NCBI GenBank assembly: GCA_043228905.1
Contig: JBHGNT010000001.1
Coordinates: 2,170,001-2,234,000, forward strand
Origin: Azolla caroliniana
Taxonomy: Eukaryota > Plantae > Polypodiophyta
Reading direction: 5' to 3'
DNA: 64,000 nt
Shown here piece after piece: positions 26,501 through 39,276 of the stretch. A program made the translations under genes and the position numbers. Each line of letters starts with the position of its first letter. The first letter of the stretch is position 1. The notes beneath the pieces were generated by a model. It was not told where the DNA came from. It ran no database searches and was given only the letters and a program-made list of their open reading frames with translations.

Positions 26501-29500
26501 ATATTAGAATTCAACCACTAGCTTTGTCAAGAAAGTCAGGTGATATTTGGCTTATGCTAGAACATATACCAGCAATGTATTTTTGAAAGTAAAGGACATG
26601 ATCTACAGTACAGTGTTTCAACTCCAATGAATCTAGCTCACTTGGTTCTCTTCTGCACCTTGCTAGTTTTGTCCTCTGTGGCCGGTTCCTTGGTAGTTTA
26701 CTCTGTGGCCTTAAAATTTGATCCTCACTGTGGGATAGGCCTCATCCCATAGATCACAATTGGTCTCCCACGATTGTGTGTGTGTGTAATACCAATCAAT
26801 CTGTCCCTCCCTTGAGTGCATGGTTAGGGAAGAAATGCCCTATGTGCAGGCATGTTGAGATCCTCTTCATACTGAAATATGCATGCTTCAAATTTTTTAA
26901 TTCCTCTCTATAAATGTTTACTTATGTTTTCTGGTTGTCACTTTTATGCCTAGATTACTTTTGTTTAGAAGCCATTGTTGATACTGCAATATGATACTTC
27001 AATTGTTGATACTCTGATATGTTGTTTAGAATAACTGTCAAAGAAGAAACTTTTCACACCTGAAATAATTCAGGCTGAAACATTTTGCAGTGATGCCAGG
27101 AGTTTTTGGAGAACAGTCCTGGAAACACATGAGATGACACCACCTTTTGGATGAAAGATCACACTTTCATTGGATATTTCAGAGGTTTTGTAATCACAGC
27201 CTTATTTTTAATGCCACCATGTACCTCCTGATCAATATTTAGACAACTGACATTGGAATTATATATCCATATATCTAGTTTAATGTGCTAGCTCATGTTC
27301 ACAACATTGAGAGGATCTTTAAAATGCATCCAGCAGGAACCAAGTAAGGAACGAGAGACCAAAAGAAATAAGTTATCAGTTTAAAATTTACCTGACGTTT
27401 TGATCTGGTTGTTCCAATCACCACTCTAGTATATATATCATCCTCTCTCTCTCTTCCAACAGTTAAGACATCACTGGGACTGCAATGAATAATTGCCCAT
27501 GTCACCAAAAAGCACATTAGCAATCAACAATATGAGAATTATATGCAGCTTACAACTAGAAAAAGAAAAGAAAATTTCAGGCATGTAAACGTAAATCTAT
27601 TTTTCACAGTTTTTCCAATATTTGTGAAAGAGAGATATGTCGACGTCTTTTAAGAAATAAAAATTACCTATCAGACAAGACAACAGATTACATTTTAAAA
27701 TGTCGCCTTGTCTTTGAGAACAACAAAAGAAAAGAAAGAAAAACTCATTCATGTAAGTGTAAATCTATATATTTTTATGTGCATGCATGTAAGTGAAATC
27801 TACACCACAAGAAATTGGACTGGCAAGCATAGGTTTGTACAAAAACATTGCATTCATCTCAACTATTTTCAATAGAGAGATGGATACCTTCCAACTTCAG
27901 CCTTATATCGAATTCGATTTTTCAGTTTTCCAGGCTTCAAAGGCATGTACAATTCTGGAGTATCTTGATCATCTGAAAATAGCTCTTGCATGTAATTAAA
28001 CATGGTAGAATTTATCAGAGAAATATTCCCATTCATGTCCCCTTCAAGGAAATTGTTATCCAATGATGCACAGGTCATAGAGAAGAATTCTTCCATAGAT
28101 TTGCATGACGGGTTCTCCAAACTTTCAACCTCATGAGAAGTATGAGGCTGATAATCAGGTTTGCTGGGGTTAGTAATATCTAACAAATGCTTTTGAAGAA
28201 GAGTGGTTCCAGGAAATGTCATTAAGTGCAATTTGCTTAATTCTTGTATATCTGGAACACTCATTTGCTGGAAGCCGAATGCATTTATCCAGGTCTCTAG
28301 CAGCTCCGGGACTGCAGGTAGTATCAATTTCTCCACTCCTACACTTTTCAGCATCTAGAAATAAATAAAAAGCCCATATGGATCATTTAGGTTATATTTA
28401 TAAATGAATAATTCTGTGTGAATATGAACTTAAGGTTTAAAGTATAATATATATATATTATGTATATATGTGCATGTACATATGTAACCTAAATATAAAA
28501 CATTATCAAAAACAGTATGCATTAGTTAACTTTTGATTGCTATTGGTGTAAATTGCTAGAAAAATAGAAACAAATAAATCCTTGAAAATATTAGTGTGAT
28601 GTAAGCATAGCTGCAGCAGACCTCTTCGAGAACATGCATCAACCGTCGACACATACCCTGACGACGATATTGATAGCGAGTACCAACAAGAGGCATTTCT
28701 GCAAGTTTCACTCCATGTACTCTACATAATTAAAGAACAAAAATAATTTTATGCACTAAAAAAGCAGGGTTAAATAAGACTGTCAAAGGCCCAGATTAAC
28801 CACCTTATTGATGCCACAGTTATTATCTCATCTCCCCTCTCTAAAAGCATAGTGTAAAATCCACCATAGTTGAGCCTAGCAACCTTGGATCTGAAAAAAC
28901 CAAACAAGATTTTCAGTCATATCACAATTTTGCATTGTTTTGTTTAGACAACTAAATTGTTCTCTCATTTAAGCCATCAAAATTTTGGGAGGTCTTATAT
29001 ACATGCGTACACAACCACACACATTACCACATTGAATTTTTATCCTCCACTCTTAAACCCCAAACCCCCTGTCATCTCTGCACCCACTTATGATTCCAGA
29101 ACTCTTTAGAGAGTTTTAAGCTTTGATATTTGACACCCAGTGGACAATGGCAGCTGTACCGTTTTGATCAGTCTTGCAATTTGCTTTCTTTGACATTATC
29201 TTTTGATTGTTGCATTTTGTTACATACAGAATACACATACCACATCCTCATCAGTTCTAACCACTACCATGGGTTGGTGTAAATTTAGAGAAATCTCTCA
29301 TGTACCTAAAGCCCCTTCCCTGTGCTGCACTGATGGAGACAGTCTAGACCATATACACATTAGCTCTCATTGCCTCATCTACTACCATCTATGCTCTGGA
29401 ATCTCTCTCTTTCAAATAGAGCAGTGTTCCCACAATAATAACAGGCATGCAGACTTCTGTGTGTAACATTAAAGTAGGAGCGACTTTATCTAATTTTTAC

Positions 29501-32500
29501 TATTTTCGTCACATGGAAATTGAACACAGGAACCAATTTTTTGGGAATGATTCTGCCAAATTGTGAGCAGCTTCCGATGTGGGCAGATTTCATAAGGATT
29601 GATAAATGATGTAGATAGCCAGGGTTTATTTTGACATTCCTAGTTATTGTGATTAAACCAACTCCATCATTCCACTTCTCTTTAGATTCCAGTTACCTTT
29701 GTTATTCCCATCCTATTCCCTTGTGACTGATATATATACAGGTGGCTTGAATGCACCAACCAATACATTCAGACTAAAGATGGAATTGCCACAACCCAAC
29801 ATTCAGATACTAGTATGATAACCACAGGCTAAGAAATCGTTTCAGTATGGTCGCTAATGTCAGATGTTATTTATCCCTTAAACCTACAACTAGGAAAGAG
29901 ATGATGAAAATATGGGAAACATTTCTATAGAGTATTTGACAAGGTAAGCAATAATAGTACTCGCTGTATGATTGACGCATAAGTGAAGTTACAAATGATG
30001 CAACCAAAATCTACTAGTATGTATGATGCACAAATATGTTGGCAAACAAGATTTTACGAAGTGTAATCTACTAGGGTAAAACAAACAAACACAAGAAAGG
30101 CCAAATTATCTTCAAAATATACATATAAATTAAAACTCATAAATATAAGAACAATTATACAAACACATATTCTCATGCAACATTAAAACAAACAACAAAA
30201 CACATTAGATTTTTTAGAAAGAGGGCATTGATATAAATTAAACAGCTTTGCAAATAGAGCGCATGATCATTAAAATGCAAAAATATGAACCCTAAAAATT
30301 CAAATTTATTTTACTCTTCCTTAAATCCTATATTAATATATTTTCCATCATCTCACCTCCTATTATACAAAGCCTGGGAAAGGAGGTTTATTCTTGTTCG
30401 AGGATCAATCATAGGCACAAAACATTCCTGCATCACATCATGTGCTACTGAAAGTTTGCTGCTGTGCTCCGCCATAACTTCAAGATTTGACTGAGAAAGT
30501 GCATGGTTTTTCTTCATGGCCCTTAATAGCATCCACGAGAAACCGTCTTCCATAGGATGGGTTATCCCCACCAGTCTTCGCAAACCTATAAATATCTAGA
30601 AAAAAGATAACAAATGCTTGTGTCACAAGAGAGACCAACATCCTCTTCCGATCAAAATACATGAGATTTTTCAGTTACCGATGCAAGTATTTAATACCTT
30701 TTGGCATTTTCTATCACAAAACCAGATCTTTTGGATAGCCTGACCCAGTGGAAGAACAGAACATGTTCGAACACAGCTAAGATGATCTGTATAAAAAGGT
30801 TACACTCAATAACTACATACAATTGGAAGATCTTCATCCCATACAACCAAATACATACACTCAAGTTCACACTGGACACAACGAAGCATTCTATCATCCA
30901 GATCACCCATCCGCTGGTTAGTTCCACATACTCCACAAGAACACCTTGGACAGTACCAATCACCCTCAGGGATCACCTACAACAAAATCATAAAGATACA
31001 TGCCATTTTTATCTTCTAAGCAAAATAGTCGGTCAAGAACACAATGTGAATGATGATGTTAGGCTTACTGTTAGACCAATGCAATCAGCATGAAAAGTTG
31101 ACGGACAATGATCACACAAGATCAACTCTCCTCCATCCCCACAAACACCACAACTATCATCACTAACATCCATAATTCCTTCCTTCTTTTCTTTTGCATC
31201 TTGCAGGGCACAAGCTTCAAGTTGGCAATCCGAGATAGATTTTCCATTATCCAGAAAAATGTTGGCACTTGGCCTGTGTAGCTTACTTCCAGCATGTGCT
31301 TCAAAATTTGACAGAGTAAATATATCCTTGCAACAGTCACACATAATACCCTCTCGAGTTACCTTGCCCTTTTTCATAACTTGTCCATCTTTCCTGTTAA
31401 TATAGACAATGGGTTCATTCTCTTTCAATATACACTTGTCTATAAGCCAAGAAAGCACAGTAGACTTCTTGAATTGAGGCAACCCTCCAATATCATGGGA
31501 AGAATTTTGGTCTCTTGCCCTTTCAGGACAAGAGAGCAACACTTGCATCCGACAGCCTCCTTTGACACCAGATCCTTTATTTTCTGGCAACTTCCTACTT
31601 CCCTCAATTGATCCCCTGCATCTTTTTCGTTTTGGTTCCACAGATGATAAACCACCATAGCCTTCATTCTTCCTTTTATTTGACTTGTCCAGTGACAGAT
31701 TAGTCTTTCTTTTTTCCTCTGCCGTCTCGTCACTGCATTGTGTTGGAACATCAGGTGTAGAACAGTGATGCTTTGGACTACTATACTTAAAATCCATTAG
31801 CTCTGGTACAGTTGGAGATTCAGTGCCACATCTATCCTTCATTGAACCGTTGCTAAGACTTATCTTCTTTGTACTTGAAGGTACGGTGTGAAGATGATGC
31901 ATATGTGTTAAACTTTCTGTGATTCTGTATGCATCTAAAACGCCATCTGCGCCTTCAGGGGAGGAGCTAGGGATTTCTTTGTCAGGTCTCATTTCTCTAC
32001 AAGCTGATGCTAGAGAAAAAAATCGACACCCATTAGGTGATACATATACAGCTTCATATTTCATTCTAGTACCACGGTAGCGTAATCGTGTATCAATCTT
32101 CCACCCTCTGCTAAGGAGATATGTTTTGGCTGCATGACGTGCTTGGCGTACCCTTACTTTAAGAGGCAACAGGTCAGAAGAAAATGTTCCATTATTTCTT
32201 GAGTCATTTCCATTCATTCCCTTACATCGGTCCCTATAGCCCTCACATGATAATGGATCAACAATTGTAGTACAATTAAGTATACCACTTCTGCATTCTC
32301 CTTGATTCTCGTTCATACACTGATCATGGCGATTTCTTCTCGGAAATGTCCTTCCTGCGATCCTAGGACTCGCCCTTGCTTTAGCTGCAAGCCCTCCATT
32401 CAGAAACATGTCTGCATTAGGCCTTCTCTTCTTCGACTTTGGTACTGAAAGTTGTCCTGTTGAATCAAACTTAGATGTCTCATATGGCACAAGTGGTAAC

Positions 32501-34327
32501 AAATTCAGTGAATCCAGGTCCTTTGAGATATCATCCTTTGGGCTATCTGCAGGATTGTAACCAGCACCTAAACTAAGGTTTTCTCCACTATCACCTAAAA
32601 TACGACTCTTAGCTTTCACCACCTTAATACATTTTTCTTCTCCTTTTGGGCAGACTCTCTCTTTATATTGATCTCCCTTGCTCATGAGATTTGCTCCTAA
32701 GGCCTCCATAGATATAGCATACCAAGGGCATTTCAACACATCAAGCATGGGTGGCTGAATCTGAAATGTCTTCTCAACTAAATGCCGGTTATTAATCATC
32801 TGCTCTTGCATCACTAAATCTTCTGAACTACAAAATCTTCTCTGCCTCCAGAGGTCCTTCAAGGGGCACTTAACCTTAATACAGATTTCCTTGAGAGCAC
32901 CAAGGCCTAATTCACTATTAAAAAACCAATAGCCACGACATGCCCATAATCCAGATGCCTCATCCCACTCCTGTGAGACTCTTAAATCCTTCAAGACAAT
33001 TTCAAGTTCATCGCCTTCTTCAGGAAAGAAGATCTTAGTTTTGAATTCTTCACAATTGGAGGTGACATCATCTAATAGAATACCTTCCCACCAAGCATCA
33101 TTGTAAAAGGCATCTACCAAAAGACCCCTTTTCCAGTCCTGACGAGATGGAATGAGGCAAGGAGGAGGAGATGGCCTAATGAAACCTCGTTTCTTTAAGA
33201 CTATATTTACATTTTCCTCACCCTCTGCTGGTTTTGAACCCTCAACAATTGTGTCTCTCCTTGTTGAAGTGTGTAATTGTACTTCCTCACAAAGAGGAAT
33301 TGTCTCCTTTAACTTTCTTGAACCATCTCGAGTGAATAATTCATCATATTCAACCACTCGACGACAATACTTGACTTTCACTACTGTACCTGAATGCCAA
33401 GATCCTCTAAGACCCCGTTCTTTTTGACGGACCTGCAAAGAAAGGGAAAGCAAGGAAAGGAAACATGATTATCTTGAGACACTAAGAAATTCTTTGATAG
33501 GCATGTGCTTCATGATGAGAGGTAAGTGGCGGAATTATCAGGGGAATGAATGCTCAACCAACTCATGCTATATCACAAACACAAGTTTTTTCTGTGACAA
33601 AATGAATCCAAGGCCTGATGCTTAAAATATACAGCAGAAAGAGAGAATGTACTGTTGCAATATAAAAAGAAGCGCGAAATGCCCCTCATGTGTTCAATTT
33701 TTGACAGAAGTTCCCAAAAACTACCAGTAAAGCCTTATGCAGAATAATTTTCGTTATTTTGGTAGATTTTCAAAACTTCCCATTTGAGTAAACATCCAAA
33801 ATATTAGGGGTATTTTGGAGTTTTTCCTAATAGCTATCACAGACTTCAACCAGATTGATGCATCTGTTTAACAATCATTCAAATATTTTTCTGAGCTCGT
33901 AGCATCCAATGACGAGCTTTAAAACATGATGGAGTAAGATGAGGGTGATACCTTTAGTCACTCATTTGCAATATTGTGAGCGTCCATAGTAAATCAGATT
34001 CATTCATTTAACAAACAAACAACCATTTTCTGACCTAAATAAACTGCTATATAGAGATGATAACTCCCTCGAGTTGCTCATTTGCAATATACAGTAGAAT
34101 AATCAGATAGACATAATTATTCAAAACTTTTTACCTGAGCTAGTGCGTTGCTATTGCAAGAACAATTGCTACCATATATCATTTTCTGAACTAATCAATC
34201 CCTATCACACATAATACAAAGAGGCAAAGATAAAGAAAGGAAGAATGAGAAGATATACCTCTACTCGCTCTCCTTCAAGTAGCTGTCTGTGATTATCAGA
34301 TGCAATGTCTATATTTGAGCTTTCCAT
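22491..34327 (-). CDS. IDM1/ROS4-like chromatin protein: Agenet/Tudor domains, MBD-like region, TDBD (Tify-binding) domain, PHD fingers, GNAT acetyltransferase; terminal exon uncertain
   Basis: ATG at 34327 ([23 protein letters not shown]). Exon 33432-31069 contains GSWHSGTV and [12 protein letters not shown] (Agenet), LLSRGWKI...[27 protein letters not shown] and [24 protein letters not shown] (PHD). GNAT exons read [25 protein letters not shown] / [22 protein letters not shown] / [13 protein letters not shown]. Further exons are 27480-27392 and 26278-25711. The last exon is either the repeat exon 23500-22491 or a short exon starting at 23579. Confidence 0.88.
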
Positions 34328-35368
34328 TGCCTTCTTAAAATCTATCAAACTATACAAAACACTAAAATCGTCAACAAACTACTTCAGTAATTTCACATGA
34401 GGTTATGTCAACCAATAAACATAACCAATGAGGAGCCATGGTATGAGATAATGAACATGAAATCCATGGGAGAAGCTCTGGGAATCTGTTTCTTCTCTCA
34501 GACAACATCATTCCTCTCCTCTTCTCTCCTGAATGTTTTGCTGTGCTGGCAAAAGAATTAAACAACAATTCTCGCCATAATTCGCGATATGGACATTCTT
34601 CTGTTTGATATATCTTATACAAAACCCTTTTCCACAGTATCTTTTTGTTTTTTCTGTTTTTGATACTAGCTTTCCCCCAAATGCTTTTTTCTATCAATAT
34701 TATCGTTAGAAAGCTGTTTTCTTCCTGTTGAAAAACCTCCTCAAAATCATTTCTTTATTTCTGCTGAAAACCTTCCTAGAGTACTGTATTCCTTCCCTTT
34801 ATGTGAATGGCTTTTCTCAAAAACCCCTTTCTCTTATGATAGATTCCAGATAATCCTTTAATTCCTTTCCTATCGATAATCTTCTTCCTTTAAAATCTCT
34901 TTGTCAAGAAAGAATCCTTTTTCTGCAATATTTCCTGTCGCTGTCTTCCTCGAAACCCCTTTTTCCCTGTTAAAAACAGCAAATTCCTATTGGTAGCTTC
35001 CCTAGTTTTACTTCCCTATTTTCTGTTAATATCTTCCTTCAAAATATCCATCTTTCCTGGACGATTTTCTGCTCAAAGACTCCTCGATTTTCCCTCTTTT
35101 CTGTCTATAACCTTCAAAAACTCCTTTATCCGTTGAAATTCTCCCCAGAATTCCTTTCGAGAACTCTAGAAAAATCCACTTTCACGTTCCTTCCTGAGAG
35201 AAAGTTCGAATGCTCCATGCATTCGGAGGAGAGCGAGGAAGGAACGAAGGGAAATAATATCTGAGAATTTATAGTCACAAATATCACGTGAGGACGACTA
35301 GAAAACGGCGAGGAAATTCGATCTGAGATAGAAAAATAAAGAAGCAGGAAACAGAACTGCGGAATGTC

Positions 35369-35369
35369 T

Positions 35370-35397
<28 letters not shown>
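35369..35397. repeat. (GA)n microsatellite in the probable 5' region of the IDM1-like gene
   Basis: Direct GA run. Confidence 0.9.
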
Positions 35398-35400
<3 letters not shown>

Positions 35401-35779
35401 AGGGTTATTTTATCCTAGGGATCAAAGAATTCGATGCATGGTTGGAAAGGGGGGGGGGAGAATGGATTAGAGAGAGAAGAATTGGGGAGAGACAGAGACA
35501 GAGGCAGAGAGAAGGAAGGGCGAAGGGAGACAGAGATGTGGCGATGGCGATGGCGATGGCGAAGCTCAAACGAAGAAGAAGGAAGGCAGCAAAAGAACCC
35601 TTAAATTTATATTTTGTTTTGTTTTTGGTGGTTTTATTTTTTAATTATTTGTTGTTTTTTTAATTTTTTTGCAGTTCTTCAGGCCGTGGAGGAAATCTGA
35701 TTTTTAATTAACGTCATTAATTAATTAAAGTGAGATAAGTACTGTACATAAAATGTAGTGTGAGCATTCCTTCATTCAT

Positions 35780-36270
35780 TCGATCGGTTGATTTTTCTTT
35801 TTCTTTTTCTTTTTCTTTTTCTTTTTTTTGGGTGTTTTTCAGGTATCCGGTCCGGCCGGCCGGCCACAACATGCCCGCGTATTTGTCCGGCCAACACGGA
35901 TTCACGAGTCACAGACAAACAGACAGAGACGATACCACGTGTTTTCTCAGGGAATTCGTTGCTTGCAGATGAGTTGCTCTTCCTATGTATATGCCCCATG
36001 AGTCCGCCGAGATTCGTCAACTCTGTAGCCGACAACCTCCATAAACTCGACATATCCAACTACATACTTCGGGTATCGGAACCCGACACTCCTGTGAACA
36101 AGCGCATGTTTGTGCATAGATCTCCCTTTCTCTTGCTCGCTCTTCCGTCGAACTGGTGGCCTCTGGTGGCCTCTGGTCTTCCTTTAATTCCATCAAATAT
36201 CGGTAGGTTGTTTTTTGGGTGTGTCTGTGTTTCGAGTTAATTTCGTTCAATTCGATCATCGATCGAACCC
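35780..36270. promoter_or_regulatory. CpG-rich segment upstream of the IDM1-like gene (probable promoter), includes G-box CACGTG
   Basis: Dense CG dinucleotides (CCGGTCCGGCCGGCCGGCC, CGATCG) in an otherwise CG-poor window; CACGTG at ~35936. Promoter function is inferred from position. Confidence 0.45.
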
Positions 36271-37812
36271 GTGGTTCATAAGTTTTTTGTCATTTCTCAT
36301 GTCTCATCACACATGTTTACTTTTTATAGATATGATTTTCGTCTGGCCCAACATAGATATTTCTAAGCTATTGACATCCGAGAAAAAGGTATTGGAAAAT
36401 TGAATATTCTTGAGATGTACATTCAACAAGTATGGGAAACATTGGTTACGCTTCATAGGATATATTTATTTATTTATACATATGTACATAAAATGTTGAG
36501 AATTCTAATGAACTAATGCCAAGATAATATCAAACAAACTTGCACTTGTTTATTCCGTAATGAGACTTAGCTTTCTAGCAATATGAATCTCCCTCTTTCT
36601 CTCTTTTTTATCGTGATGTCTCTACCAGACCACCTTGAGGTACATCCATCTAGAACTCTCACACGATGACGCTATGGATTATGAGATCACTCAAGATAGA
36701 GTATTAGAGCTACTAAGGATTGAGTGGCAAATTGTTAAAAATGTCAAAGTGGAACATTACATCACAACATACAATGTTTATGGAGTGTGTGATCATGAAG
36801 GATAGATTATTAGAAGGTAAAATGTCAAATTGTGGGACATTATGTTGCAAACATTAACCCCCAAGGTTGGTATCCATACAAGGTAAAAATTCCATAACTT
36901 ATCCAATCACATCTCAATAACCCCACGAGCCTTGGCTCTAAGAGAACCTTGATACTTCTTATACCTAACTCACACAACTTAGGTGTTGAGGTAGTATCAT
37001 GGCATCGTCACTCAAATATGAAGATATACATGAAATATATCACTTATTCATCACATGCTTAGCATAAAAAATCATTTGCGAGAAATATGATGACTTGTTA
37101 GACGGGCATGATAATGTGAGTGTCATACTGAAATGACCGCCAAGAAGGGTGAGGACACATGGTCATGCATTGTTTTCGTGTATAAAGTTTTTAATGTTGG
37201 GGAGTAGTAACCCCTTTCTTCTTTTAGGGAGTAGTGAAATACAATATATGTTATTCGGTCCCATAGCTCAATTTTGGCCTTCTCCTGGACAATTAAACAT
37301 CTAGTCTATATCCATCCATATCAGATAGCAGTAATATTTAAGACCATCTAATAAAATACATATTTTTTCAAGGACCGTCCATGGAGTGTAAGGTTAGATA
37401 AGTATTTAGCCCTTGACTAAATCAAAAGGCATAAATTTCAAAATAAAGATTGTTGGAAGGTTTAAGATAAATATTAGCCCTAGACTAAATTAAAAAACAT
37501 AAAATTTAGACCCTCACTCATCAACGATCCTATCCACTCCTTTGATTTTCTCCACATATAGACTATAGTTTAGAAATATTGTAGTAAAGGTTGATTTCTC
37601 ACTAGCAATACTTTACCTTAGTGATTCATAGAATTGAATGGATTTCATGTAAAAGGTTTAAGAAACTGAATTAAAGGTTGACCCCATAACCTTTTGGTTA
37701 TTTTTTCCCCTCTCTATCTTTTATTGTAATTAGCTTACGCTAGCTATTAGACTACCAACACCATGACATATCGTGAAATCTCAACTTTGACACTTGTTTA
37801 TTGCACACCATT

Positions 37813-37890
37813 TGTGGAATATAGGGGATTTAAACACATGACCTTTTGGTCTCCATAAAAACAACCTTACCAACTATGCCACAACCAACT
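37813..37890 (-). mobile_element. Degenerate tRNA-like head (tRNA-derived SINE remnant or tRNA pseudogene)
   Basis: Minus strand reads GTGGCATAGTTGGTAAGG (A-box-like) ... AGGTCATGTGTTTAAATCCC (B-box-like, GTTCRAATCC degenerate) with tRNA-like spacing. Stems are not intact. Confidence 0.5.
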
Positions 37891-39276
37891 AACCCTCAAC
37901 ACCATGCCATTCATTGGTAAAATTCTTGAAGATTGAATTATTACTCACTTTACATGTAGATGTTATATTTTTTGTCTCATTGGTCATATTTGACCCACAA
38001 AGACAATAATAAAATCTCTCTTTCTCTATGAGAAATGATACGATAACTAGCCACATCACTTCATCCTTGTGTTGTTTTATACGAATAATAGAGGACTAGT
38101 TAGAGTACATTGTATTTGCACGATTTAGCTTGACATAGAGATTGAGGATTAGGAGCATCTTAGCCTACAATATGAAGCATTCACCTCAAGTTGATAATGT
38201 TCTCACCATCAATCGTTGAGTTTACCTACCTTGCTGAAATTTTCAAAATAAGACGTAACTACCTCCATTCGTTAGACTCGTGTATGTATGCTATCAACTT
38301 AAAACATACAAGTATAATATGAATGTAGCCACACCCTCCACATATACAAAGAGAGTTGTGTATCACTCATTTTTTGTCTCGTAGGTCATATTTCTACCAT
38401 TACCATGATGTTTAATGTATCATCATCAACGCCAACATCTTTTCTTTTCTTTTGTGTGTCTCTCTGTAGCTTGTAGTGGGGTTGTATCCTAATTGTAAGC
38501 TATCTTTGTACTTCTTTATGCATCAAGGTTCAATTTGACAACTTTACTACATATAGGATGGAGTGCTCCCATGCCTGATTGTTTAATCTCATGTAGACAA
38601 CCTTACCCCACAAGGTATATGCATTTGGTCTCCTCCTTTTTGCCCTCTTTGCAAGAGCCAAATATGGGAAATTAAGAATGAAGACACATGAACGAGTTTC
38701 AGATTTTTTAGCATGGGCTCTAAATCTATAGTTGACCAAAAGCACATGGTTGCGTGTATAAATTGTGCCAATGGTAGGAAGCAAAAAGTGCATGTGTAGA
38801 AACCTTTGGCTCGTGTCTCATGCGTCCTCTCTATTGTTTCATTCTCACGCGTGAATGAGTTGGATGTGAAAATTTGTAAAACTGCATGAAACTTTGTTTT
38901 ATATAGGACATGGAATCGATGGGAGAAGGTTTTCTAAATGCGAGTGATGGAAAGGTTAGTCAATAGGGAACACAAAACTACGGAATTACAAGAAGAAAAC
39001 TGCAAACCATGGGAGGCGAAGAAACACAAAAGCGAGAACGTTTTGTGAACCTTGGTTTGATATAGAAGAGCTCTCGATCAATCAGGCCAAAACACACAAT
39101 TTTATTAATGTAAGAATCAATGGGAGGTAAAATTGAAGAGATAGATACAAAGATGCTGTGGAGGGTTATATTTATAATTTCTAGAAACTCCAGAGAAAGA
39201 GGGGTAGAAACATAATTTATAGAAACGTTTCTCTTCTCTCCGAGATATACAGATACAGAGAGGAGAGGCTCTAGCT

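Noticed and set aside
35717-36259. Cluster of 60-150-aa ORFs upstream of the IDM1-like gene
   Set aside because: CpG-rich promoter-like DNA with a (TTTTTC)n tract; no protein features or splice pattern.
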